Positions 40,261 through 52,392 of a DNA stretch of 64,000 bases are shown here, one piece after another; within the stretch, counting starts at the first letter, position 1; each line of letters opens with the position of its first letter. Both the position numbers and the translations under genes were made by a program. This DNA comes from Phoronis australis. Lineage: Eukaryota > Animalia > Phoronida. The stretch covers positions 981,788-1,045,787 of the forward strand of contig NMRA01000027.1 in the NCBI GenBank assembly GCA_002633005.1. Direction: 5' to 3'. Under the pieces are notes generated by a model. The model ran no database searches and had not been told where the DNA came from. It saw only the letters and a list, made by a program, of their open reading frames with translations.

Positions 40261-40334
40261 TCACTAGTGTCAGGTCTTTGCATACTATGTGATAGGATAT
40301 TTTGTTTTAATAAATGTAAACGCATGGTTCTTAA

Positions 40335-43300
40335 GAGTCGCTGCATGAGAACGTCAGGCAATTTGCAATATTATGGGAACATGACATGTCACGAATTTTA
40401 AATTTGATATAGTATACATATATCACTTGGGGTGAATTAGCTACAAAAATATGAAATTGGTTTTGTCTTTCGTCACTTTGTAAATATGAAACGAATAACT
40501 AAATCGGGTGAAAAAATGGCCTAACCCCTTGTGCGCGACTGTTGAAAATGCACTATCTTTCCATGGGAATTAAACCAATTTGCGGGCGTTTAAGAAATAA
40601 AAATTTGATTGAGTTATACACAACAATTCTTTTTGTAATTAAGAATGCCAAAAATTACCCAGAATGACGTATTTTCATATTTGTAAAGAATTTTTGAATG
40701 CCTTGCTTCCACGGGCCAAAAACAGCTACCAATTTAGACCTATATTGAGGCCTATGTAATTCGAGCGCGCAAAAATGCACACCACCCACACATAGGTTCC
40801 GGGATAGCTACAGCTCTTGTCTTTGACAAGATATCGTTATTTTCGTGGACACTACCTTTTTTAATTCTCGACTTTACACTTTAGCGAAGGCACTTTCACC
40901 ACTTTCATCTGTTTCATACTGCCACCAATAGAGGGCGGCAAAGCAGAAAATATGAAAAATATGATCCAAATTGGAAGTAAATCGTAATAAAAAATCATAT
41001 TAAATTTTTTTCAAGATAACCAGAATTGCTTCGAGTGTTCTTTTAGCAAAATGTTGCGTTATTGGCAATTTAGCTAAGAAACGGAATGAGGTTCACGGAA
41101 ATAGGTCACGCTCTGAAGGAAAATGGCAAAGGTAGCGAGCTGCTGTGTTACTTACAACAAAAATATTGCCAAATACCTGAAAAGAGTCAACGCACTAGAT
41201 CACTTGGAAGAATGGGAGTTGATTGGCAATCTGACTCGAATGGGAGTGTGAGAGACAAAGGAACTGGCCAGCCTGTTAGAACAAAAGATCATCTGTCCAA
41301 AGCACCGTATGTGGCAGTATCCTGGTTATAAGCCAAGGTGTACGTTTGCAGCCTCAGGAATGCAAAGGATGTTCACCACTCAATCCCAGGACTACGTCAA
41401 CTTAACTTCTCATTTGAAGGTGAGCTACGTAACAATTCATAGCATGGGCTGTATACAATTACATAGACTATTTTTTCTCAGAAATCACATTGTGATTAGT
41501 CATACCAGCTGAGAACTAGTTTCAGTTGTGTATGTGGTCTGAAACAAAAGCTAAATATTTGATGGAATGGAATATCCATTCGTAGCTTGATTTTTAAAAA
41601 GGACTTGTGTTCTAATGCTTACAACTAAGTTACATATTTCAACAAGAAAAGTGGTTGCTTGGAAAGCATATGGGATCAGAGATGGGATGGTTTTGGAGAA
41701 TCCTGCTTCTGATTGCAAACCAGTGGAACTAGAGGTTGAGGAATGTGATGTTGCATCCTCATTGAGACCTTTCACTAGTTTCAGCAATCGAACGACAAAG
41801 ATATTCCTGTGTCCAAGAGATGGCTGTAACAACACTTTTGCCTCTCGAAACGAACTCAAGCAGAAAGTTAGCATGGGCGACCATGATAAACAGCCAACAG
41901 CACTTGAAGATCATCGCTGATGTGAAGAGAAAGTGGGCAGCCAAAGTCACTCTTATAGAAGGTGAAGTTCATGATCCAACAGCAAGCTCGTTGAACTCAA
42001 TTTGGCATCACAAATTCATAAGTTTGACATATAACCTTTGTTGTGCATTTTAGTCACTGACTGTTCCAAGTTGACTTAATAGTCAACATGGAAATGCGCT
42101 GTGTGATGTTCTATATTACAACCCAACAAAAAGTGAAGCTGTTGTGGAACATGCTACTCAACAGCCTATTCAGCCATGGCTTGGACATTCGCACAAATTT
42201 AGGCTGGATTTTTGATGTGGATTAATGTATCAGACCACTCAAATAGCTCAACTCTCTCACTTTTGACCACAGTATTTGGATTTTGTAAGCTCATTTTGTG
42301 AATTCACAAAACATGGCTACCCATCCAAAAAGCATGGCTCATGGTGTTGCATCCAGCTTTGTTACCTCTAAACACTCCTCACACACTCTTCCCTGAGTCA
42401 TCCACATGATACTTAGTCACGTGAGTTTTTGAACTGATTATTGGTTGCAAAAGCTGTGTGTGATTTGTGTGAACAGGATCAGCTTACAATTAGGTGTGTG
42501 AGTGGTGTTCACGAGTGTTTGACTTTTGTTGTTTTGGTAGCCTGGACTAAATAACATATACTATCTTATTGAGTTTTACATTTTCACGTGTAAAATGCAT
42601 GCAGCTAGTACCCAAACAGCGGGAGAGTCATGCAGCACAATGGGGTAGGCTCTGAAGTCAGCATAAAGGTCTGGAATAATGACTAAAAGCGTACAGATGT
42701 TTTTGACTGATGCGTTCAACGAAGGCATGAAAACTGGTGAAAAGGCGATCCAGTGAGATGTTCTGAACAAACGAGAACTGCAGGACACAATCATAGAACT
42801 GTGTTTGAATATCTTAAGCAGTATCCATGTAAATCGTAATCATCAGTGTTACTGTATTCTTGTCGTGCACCTTATGGTGTGTCTATTGCTTTGAAGTAAT
42901 GTTGCTAGTGAGTTTGATTCCATGATATTTTCTGTGTAATTACTTCTCATGCCAAGAGTGTCCCTCTAACTGTCATTTCCAGGTTATTTGTATACATTTA
43001 TATACAGTACAATCCAAAAGTATCCTGACAAAATAACCCGGAATTCCTTGCCATGACAGGTGGGGCAAAGTAGAATCCGTGGTCAAAGTGATCTTCCTGT
43101 GTGACTGAAAATGAAGGGAAACAGGAAAGTTAGTATGGTGGCTAAGACATTCTGTAATTAGCTGTGGTAATAGTTATTACCAGTCATTTTTTGCATTAAC
43201 AGGACTAGCCATCAAGTGGGGCAAAGATTTATATTGACTGATTACTTTTGCCTTGTTCTGCATGACTGTTTGCAAGCATGCGTGTGTAGGCCCATTATGC

Positions 43301-46222
43301 TGTCATCCCGGTCTTTTTGTCTGGCATCTGCTGCTGCATCTCCAAATCCTTGGTGATTTTGAAATTTTTACAAATGAGATGACACAAGAGAGTATTGGGA
43401 TGTATTTGACTACCACTGGGCCCCTAGTGACAACTTTACTTTTTCATGTTCGTATTTTTATCTAGCAAGTTCCTTGTCCCCTGATTTTTATCAAATTTCG
43501 CAAATAAGTTTCAGTTTTGGAGACAGTCACGTTTTCCTACTTCCTGGCGTACCTATGTAATCTGTACAGAAATGTTGCCATTGAGATGAGCAAGAATGAC
43601 ACTGATTGTTGATTGGACGATCTCCTATGGTGCCCTTTAATGCCAGTGCTGTAGGGGTAAAATTAAAGGTAAGTAGGCACCCAAAGCCCACCGTATCACC
43701 TTGAGCACTGAACGTAACTTATGGTGCGTAGGCACTATGTTCATTTGCCAAAAGGTGGTTGGTTGCGCCTACCTGTGCCTACGCGCCACTACTGCACTGC
43801 TGAAGGGCAATTTAGGTTTTCTTTATGTATGCCTCTATATCTACCAAGTTTCTTGATGCATTTTCGTGCAATATGGTATATTTGTTTATTTTGAGGAAAC
43901 GAGAACAAACTGCTATTTTCGGCTGGATTTAAAATATTCTGTGCCCTTCAAGATTATTATTTCTGGCAGTATCCTGACTGTCCTTGAAATTGCTTGGAGG
44001 ATAGTTCTGAAATTTTGCTCATGTGTTCCTATTGAGATGATCACGACTGACAGGTTTTCTGATGGGTGCAATCACCGAGGCGCACGGAGTGGCAATTTGT
44101 TTGTTTATCTGCGCCGCAATATTTACAAAGTTCTGTTGATGAATCTGGATGCAATTTGATGTATGTGTTACATTACTGTGGAGAGTATGCATATTTAGGA
44201 CATATCTGAGTGCTGTGGCGTTATCTAGCGGTTCTGTATCAACCAAGTATCTTGATAAATGGAATTTGGCAAGAATGTGACAGCGATTGTTTTGTTTCAG
44301 ATGAATATAATGTATGCTGCACCTCCTAGAGGTTTTTTATTTTATATATTACATATTATTAACATCCCTGGAAGCAAACTGCCTGAGATGCAGTCTTGGG
44401 CACTTTCCATTTTTCCTGTTTTTGTATGATGTTGACAAAAAATTGCAGTGTGATTGCAGACAATGGTTTCATTTTTACTTCTTTTGACCAAGGATCTCGA
44501 TACCCAAAACTTAACGTTCACAACCAGCTTTAACACCCACACTTGTATAATACACACATGCACTATTATGATGGGAAACTAAAGTGTCCTATCCATAGCT
44601 CGATGTCAACCATGACCAAAGGCTGCGTTGTATAAATGTCCTGTGTTATAAATACTGCACTGATGTGCTTTTCTATCTGTTGTAAGTCAGAGTTTCCATG
44701 AGTAGTAGATAATAAAACACTTAAGTTCACCGATACCTTACGTAAAATAATTTGACATTTTCGTAGTCTGTCTGTATTTCAAATTCATAGCACCAGTGCA
44801 ATTGCCCCTTTTGAAATTCTGGATCTGCTAGTGGTTTGCATCTAATGCCCAGATTAACCAATGACATTTCTAGCCCTATGTAGTATTTTTATGTATATCT
44901 CGAATTCATATTGTGTTAGGGATGATCTATAATCTAGGTTGGAATCTTCTGGTCCATTCTCGCCTGTGCCGGCAAGGCTTCATCGAATCTACGTTTCAGT
45001 CCTTTACTTTGCAATCTTCATCACTAAAATGGAAGTCCGGTGATAATTGTAAAATACAACTGGCTGAAACGTTGCTTTATGAACTGTTGAGTGGAGGTTG
45101 GCGAAAACACTCCTACAGAAACAGCAATAGCCAATATAAGTTTTCCGTGCATTGAATAGTTAGCCAAAAATGTAGGATTTTTCAAAGTTACACGCTTGAG
45201 CGCGCCCTAAAATATTGATTTGGCGCTGCGTAATGAGTACAACTTGTTCAACAGAAGGTTCATTTTTCTTTGACTGGATAAACCGGTGCGGCATCTGATG
45301 AGGAGCAGAAAAATTACTACCCAGAAGATTTTCACCTTAATTACAGGATCAGTGCTCCCCGTGGGTCTTCGGTACTTAAAAGGTATGGTTAGCAATAACC
45401 ATTCAATCAAGTATGATTTTTGGCTTTCCTCGTGCGATTATACGTTTCTATTTTGTTCGGAACTACTTTACGTTGCTAGACGTCAAGCAGACATTACGGA
45501 CCGATAATTGCCATCGTTTTGAGGCCGTAATTTCAGCTTTAATTCTAAAGTTCTGAGCACTAGCCGCAAGAGTTTTATTGTAATTCAGATTTCGAGCTTT
45601 GAAAAATCTTAACGATCTTGTTGACATTGTTTTTTGTTACTCATAAATCTTTAGAACTTCGTTGGTTTGTTAATGGGACTGTCACAGTAATGGCGAACAG
45701 GACGACCGATATCAGCAAAGTGAGTGGTTTCAATCAAAGCATGCAGGACGCACAGTTCGCTGTAAACGAATGTTTTAATAGATATGTAGTCTACAAAGGC
45801 TCAGCTTTCACATGCAGTATGTTACTTTTCTGCGTGTTTTTGCGCGGTAAAAGAAATAACGATCGAATAAAGAGCATTTCCACCAGTTACACAGCTTGAC
45901 TCAGGTGGGTTGAATAAGTAACAAAAATAGCTAATTTGCGAATACGTTTCAACTATGAATTTTACATTTTCATGTAGACCGAAGTTGTGTTTATTCAGTA
46001 TGTCATTCTTAGTTTCTGTTAATTTGTCGTTGTTGCACAGTGATGCAACATAAACTAGCCAAAAATTTCGAGGGGTCAGTTTTCTGTGAAGGAGTTAGAT
46101 ATTTTAAATAAAACTATTTTAGGTGTTGACCATTCCACCTAAGAGTAAAACTAAGCTATATTTCAAAAACTCCGTGACATGTCACGTTCCCGCATCTGCC
46201 TGACTTTCTCATGCAGTGACTC
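40335..46222 (+). mobile_element. Decayed Sola3-like DNA transposon (5.9 kb) in intron 13
   Basis: TTAA|GAGTCGCTGCATGAGAACGTCAGGCA...TGCCTGACTTTCTCATGCAGTGACTC|CTAA. Transposase relics include AWKAYGI..FLCPRDGCNNTF (41640-41950) and MG*ALK..FLTDAFNEGMKTGEK (42640-42760). Confidence 0.78.
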
Positions 46223-46353
46223 CTAAAAGCATAGACTGTTCTTGAGTAAAGAAGCGAATTCAATAGAAGGAGATTTACGTATTGCTCACATGATGGATAT
46301 GAAGTTTTCTCTGTATTTAGTTTGAGGAGAACTCTAGATTTTCTTTTTTTCAG

Positions 46354-46670
46354 CTGAAGACTATGCCGGGCACGTAACTTCAGTTTCTTCAAAGCCGTTT
46401 CTAGTGGACACTACGCCACCTGTTACTACTAACGCAAAGTTACTTGTTGGTTCACTCCACACTAATTACAAATATTTAGCTGGACACATGTTGCAGTTTT
46501 ACTGGTTTGGCTTTGAAGACAACGAGAGCGGAATTGCCAGCTACGAGTTCGCAATAGGATCATCACCGACACTTCAAGACAACCTACCTTTCAAAGAATA
46601 TTCCATTAATTACGTTTTTATCGTCGGAGTTGACTTACAGGATGGCCACATGTACTATCCTCAGATAAAA
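46354..46670 (+). CDS. Copy B exon 14
   Basis: Acceptor ttttcag|CT and donor AAA|gtaatt. Reads AEDYAG..VDTTPP..WFGFEDNESGIASYEFAIG. Confidence 0.9.
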
Positions 46671-47054
46671 GTAATTCTTTTGCGTCTATATGAATTTGCA
46701 AGTCATATTAACGTGAACTCGGTGTTTCGCATAGGTGTTTAAAAAGTAACATTGGTTGTTCTTTAGTTGTTTTAGTGGAAAAGGGGAAGGAATTGGTGTG
46801 GCCTTCTGTTGTATCAGTCAATTACACTTGAGTGTTTCAAATATAGATGTAGTAATACAGTAATGCTTCGTCTGGGAAGTGACAGCCGACATGAAATGTA
46901 GTTGTATTGATGGCGTATACCACACAGAAAGCAGCATTTGTACGATTAAATACATTTCAACATGCATGATGTCTTCCAAAAGCAGGAGACTACGACCATG
47001 AAATTTCTGAGTGATGTCGAACTGGGATTTAGGCTGGATGTTTTGTCTGTTTAG

Positions 47055-47310
47055 GCTACAAATGGGGCAGGATTGGTATCTGTTCTCTATGAACAATTTA
47101 CATTCGACTCTACTCCACCATCCAGCGGGGTCGTGCGAGACTGCACGAGTCTGACGGACCTGAGTGACGTTGACTTCCAGATAAGCACCTCTAGACTCTG
47201 CGCCTCGTGGTCTGGTTTTCATGACGCGCACACACCTATGATTGAATACAGAGTTGGTGTCGATGAGTATGAAATTCAGCCACTTTTACTGAGCGTCGGA
47301 CTCAAAACAG
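47055..47310 (+). CDS. Copy B exon 15
   Basis: Acceptor tttag|GCT and donor ACAG|gtaatt. Reads ATNGAGL..DSTPPSSGVVRD..ASWSGFHDAH. Confidence 0.9.
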
Positions 47311-47647
47311 GTAATTAATGCATTTACTGTTGTTGAGTGGATAGCAGCTATCATATTCGTTAACTTTCCTACATTTTTTTTCTTTGCGACTCGTTATGTG
47401 CTCGACTGTCGCTTCTTTCTATAAAGTTTACATGTACTTATAAACGGTATTAGCATTCACACTGAGCTACTGCGATTAATTTTGAATCCGTGCGAAAATA
47501 TAACGAGACAAAGATTTTGAAACATGTACCTACAACATGCAGACTCAAAGTGGAGGCATTCGCAATCTTGCACAGAATGAAGTGCAAATAGAAACTCTAT
47601 GTGATGACACAACAGATACACAAGAATGAACTATGATTACATTGCAG

Positions 47648-47834
47648 CCTTCGTCTTTGTTGGCAACTTTAAAGCTGGTCGGAAGTACGTCATAACAGTT
47701 GAAGCCTGCAACTCGGTTGGTCTGTGTACGCACGCCTGTTCAGACGGTGTGGTCATTGATCCCACGCCGCCACTGGCTGGTATTGTAACTATTGGACACA
47801 GACGCTTTGAACACAGTCGATACCAAGCTTCAAG
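47648..47834 (+). CDS. Copy B exon 16
   Basis: Acceptor ttgcag|CC and donor AAG|gtaggc. Reads ACNSVGLC..SDGVVIDPTPP. Confidence 0.9.
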
Positions 47835-48419
47835 GTAGGCTAAACATTTAGGGAAATAGCTCGTCGTCATATGATAGACAGATGTCAATCGAGATGGCAC
47901 GCATTTACATACACATTTTCCACGGTCGTAAACAGAATATTGTAAAAGTGCGTGTAGTGATGAGTTTCTCAAACGTTGCCTCCAAGAGTTTGCTGAAGCC
48001 CAACTGTCTCAATTAATGGCGTTTATAAAATAACAAGGGCCTCGATTCCCAAAAAAATTCTTGTGTCCCGATAAGATCCATGTACTCATTCTTAAAACAA
48101 TGCCGTGGATTTAGTGCCTGCGACTAGAATTATATTTCTTGAATCATCACTAGGGTGCAATCATCCTCTCTAAGAAATACCCGGGCTACCATAGCTTTTA
48201 AGACGGGGAAATACGCGCCCGGCAGTTTCAGACTAGTTTAAACTACGTATAACGAGCATCACGGGCAATATACAATGTGCTAGAAGATGTGATTATGCCC
48301 AGTATCTTAGCCCACTGTGGCACACGCCATCGCATATGCAAAAAGGGTTTTGCTCATAGATATTATGAAAAATCTAACTTTTGGGTTTCACTAAAGAGAT
48401 AACTGAGAATTTTAAGAAG

Positions 48420-49020
48420 AGAAAGTGCATAGATGCTCAATTTATGCATTTTAGTGAAGCTTTTAATAAAGTAAACCATTTTATTCTGCAACGTAACCAT
48501 TCAGATTATACCAGGCGCTATAAATAACTAAAATCGCTGCTTTTCTAAATGGTCGACAAAACCGATAACATGAGAAGATGTCATGTATTCCTTTGGTGTC
48601 AGGGTTATCGCAAAGTTCGATGTTAGGGTCCTGTTTCTTATTTTATATAGATGAAATAAATGTCTTTCGGTCTATCTGCATGGACCAGACTCCACCACAC
48701 TGACTCTGACAAAAGGATATGCAGAGATGTCTTGATAAATTCCAACCACATGGCTGTGAATGAGTGGCTCATTAGATAGCTTCCCCCAAATAAGCGTAGT
48801 GTCTTGCGTAAGAGTCACACGGTGGGGTCAATTAAACATACCGCATACTAGGCCACTGCAATCTTGCGTGACTTCAGAAGCTTCTCACACTTAAGTTATG
48901 CCCGAAGAAAGCAAATGATACTCTGGGTTTCTTACGATGGAATCTACATAACGGTAACCATAAAGCTGTAGTTAGATCCATCTTAGAATTCGCTTTTGCG
49001 ATGTGGAATAACTGGGCTGA
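48420..49020 (+). mobile_element. Highly decayed LINE reverse transcriptase (CR1/Jockey-group-like)
   Basis: IDAQFMHFSEAFNKVNH resembles DFSKAFDKVNH. SGLSQSSMLG resembles GVPQGSVLG. RSILEFAFAMWN resembles RPILEYAS.VW. Confidence 0.65.
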
Positions 49021-49348
49021 CTACTTTACTTCAACCCGTCAGTCGTCACCTTCTAATTTCCTTATCATATGGTACACAGTGGGAGTGGCTGCCTGTAATG
49101 GTTTAAGCCTCCCCTAACGACTTTGCAGTACATTGGTTCATCTGGAAGTGACGTCCTATTTAAGTGTTTCTAAATGTTATACTTGTTTTTTTGTTTTTAT
49201 TGTTCTTGCTTGTGATAATTTTGGTGATACTTGGAAAAGAATGGTGTCACTTACATCAAGAAGTGCTAATGCAACAGATTTCCCTCAAATTAAATATGTT
49301 TCACCACTGACATTCTAAGATCAGGCCAGCATTTTTTGTATTTTACAG

Positions 49349-50943
49349 GAAGTTCTTTAGCGCTAGTTGGACGGGATTTCATGATCAGCAGTCGAGTATC
49401 GAAAGGTATGACTGGTGTATCGGCATGTCAGTGGGACAGTGTGATATTCAGCCATTCGTCAACGTTCACAACTCTCACGAGCAAGTTCGACTTGATATGT
49501 CTCTTCCAGTAGGCAAGCCACTTTTTGTCAACGTGCGTGCGTGGAACAAGGCGGGATTGAACGTTACATCAACATCTGAACCAATCATAGTCGATAATAC
49601 TCCACCTGTAATTGTTACCAGTCCTGTGTTCACAACAGGGAATTTGTTGTCGTTGTATGACAACACTCAATTTGAAACCAATGCTCTTGAATTGAAGTGG
49701 AAGTTTACAGACGCCAACAGTCCTCTCACCCGCCACGTTATCAGTGTGTCTTCACATCACAGTGCACTTTGCCCCGTAGAAAATCTTGAGATAGGTGATG
49801 AGGAGTCGCTTAGAATCAGCTTAAGCGAAAAACGTGGCTTGGCTGATGGGGATAGATATTACGCAGCAGTGACAGCCTGTAACGACGCAGGACTCTGCAC
49901 GTCTTCGAATTCCTCAGCCAACGTGTTAATAGATTCCAGTGCTCCGCACATCGGTCAATTTTTGCAATCATATTGGTCCAAAGAAACTGGAAAAATAAAA
50001 CTTAGGATTCTGTGGTCGGGATTTGTTGATCCCCATTCTGGAATAAATCAGTATCACTTTTATGCCGGCACCAATTATAGCTCTTATGACTTAACGAATG
50101 GATTTGTAAAAGTACCTTACAATCCTCAATCAGGGACCACGAAACAAGAGGCGTCATTCTCCTTAAAAACCAACCCGAGGATTGGTTCTAGCATTTACAT
50201 CTCCATGGTGGCAGAAAACAACGTTGGCCTAAGGAGTAAAATTTTGAAGAATCTTGTAACGCTTGCTTCAACTGTTCAGTCTAACCCTGTGCAGGGCATA
50301 TTGGTCGTGCAAAAGTATTATTGCAATATACCCTTTTGCAACAACGATTGCGCGTGCTCGCCTATTGGAGGTACGTGCGACAAATTCAAATATTCAAGTT
50401 GCACCCTGGTCACAAATCCGCCTTCATATATTAGGGTTTCCATTGGTTTCATTACCTCAGTTATTTCATCCATGAACCGCCGCTGCGTTGCTGTAAAATG
50501 GATAGCTGCAAATCCTGAACACGTCATACGGTATCAGTACTCTCTCGGTGTCTCAGGTGCTGATCCTGGTTATGGTGTTTTCAATCTAACTACGGAGACA
50601 GTGTGGCATAACATTGACTTGTGGACAAATACAACGTTCTGTTTACCACAAGGAAAAGTCTTTCAGTCCGATCCACCAGAAAAATATGTAGTTTACGTAA
50701 GAGCATGGTTTTCTAGCTCCACTCTGGCTGAATTTAAATCGCCTGACCTGGCGATTGACACCAGTGCTCCTGTACAGAGGCGAGGTCGTCATGTCCTTGA
50801 CTGCCTTGATGCGACACATTGTGATGAAGACATAGAGTTCTCAACCGATACACAAAAGCTTGCGGCGAGTTGGAAAAATGTGTTTGTTGACATGGTCAGT
50901 GGAATTAAGGAATACGAAGTTGCAATTGGATTTTATCCTGGAG
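49349..50943 (+). CDS. Copy B exon 17
   Basis: Acceptor ttacag|G and donor GGAG|gtaag. 1595 nt open. Confidence 0.92.
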
Positions 50944-51156
50944 GTAAGATACTACACGGTTGTTTCGTTTTGTGGGACTGTTGCAAGGAGGTTTAGCCTT
51001 TAAAACAGACATCATCAATTGAATAACAATTAACATGTTTACAATGTATAATTGTCAGTACTTTTGAGGAATTTGTATCCAAGATTCTACTCTCAGAATT
51101 TATATAATCTTTAAAAAATTGCGAATTGAAGTCATTAATATACATCTCAATTTCAG

Positions 51157-52392
51157 ACAGCTCTGTGAAACCAAAATTTACAACAACGACGTCATCATAC
51201 ACTGAACGTGGCCTAACTCTCGTTAACGGCATGACGTACTATACAACTGTGAAGGCAATAAACAAGGTTGGTCTCGCAACCACCGCCTCGTCAGATGGTG
51301 TGACAGTTGACAATGTATCGCCTTTGGCAGGAACGGTTTACAACACAAAAGATTTCCACAGCGTGCCTGCAACAGCTGACCCTTGTATTAGAGCTTCGTG
51401 GGAAGGATTTGACGATGTCCACTCTCACATTAAGGCATACTATGTGAGCATAGAGGGAATGGCAGTTAGAAATAGTTTGTTGGTCAACCAGCAGTCCGTG
51501 GGCATCAAAAACGCTGTGGAATTTTGTAACGTGACTTTAAAACAGAATACTTCTTATGTTGTTGTCGTGCAAGCTCAAGACGCAGCCGGTAGCATGTCGT
51601 CAAAGGCAATGTCAGACCCTATTCTCGTTGACACGACACAGCCTGTGAGTTTTCGATGCACAAAATGGGTAAGCAGCCCACTTATTCCGGATTCTTCTGC
51701 ACTGGCAAACGGCGAAACAAAAATTTTGTATAATATTACTATGGAAACAAACAGCCTTTATGAACTTGTTTTTGCTAGTTCAGGAATAATGCCTAAAGCA
51801 TCTTTAGAGTTCCTCGGTGTACATCTTTATTTGAGTTTCATATATTTCGCCGATGGTAGCTCTGAGGCAACGTACAGTTTTACATCAAGGGATTCAGCTT
51901 CAACTAATTTTACGCTGAATTTAGCCTCAGGGTCGGAAAATGTTACTGTTTCCCAGAAAGTGTGCGTTACTGAGACAATCTCTGAACCTGATTCAGCAGT
52001 TGATCTGCGTCAGTTAGACCCACTTGAACTCATGTTAAGTTTTTACGCTAAAGACCCTGAGAGTGGGATACGACAACACCTGGCAGGTGTTGGCACAACG
52101 TTCGGTGGATTTCAAGTTGCAAAGCTGCATAGCCTTGGTCAACAGCAGCACATGGTGTATGACATCAATTTGCCACATGGGACTCCAGTTTTCGCAACCG
52201 TGATATCCGAGAATAACGCAGGATCCAGAGCCTATTTCCGGTCAAACAAGCTGGTCGTAGACCACGTTCCACCCATAATATCCAACTTGACCTTTATGAT
52301 CAATCTAGCTGGCGGAACTACCTACAAGCTTGTGACGGCATGGACTGCCGAAGACCCTGAGAGCGGGATCAGCAAGTGCAAACTGCATATAG
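51157..52392 (+). CDS. Copy B exon 18
   Basis: Acceptor tttcag|AC and donor ATAG|gtaag. Confidence 0.92.

Noticed and set aside
45295-45325. CTGATGAG...GAAA resembling a hammerhead core (also CTGATGA at 8694 and 15348)
   Set aside because: No helix II or helix I pairing can be drawn.
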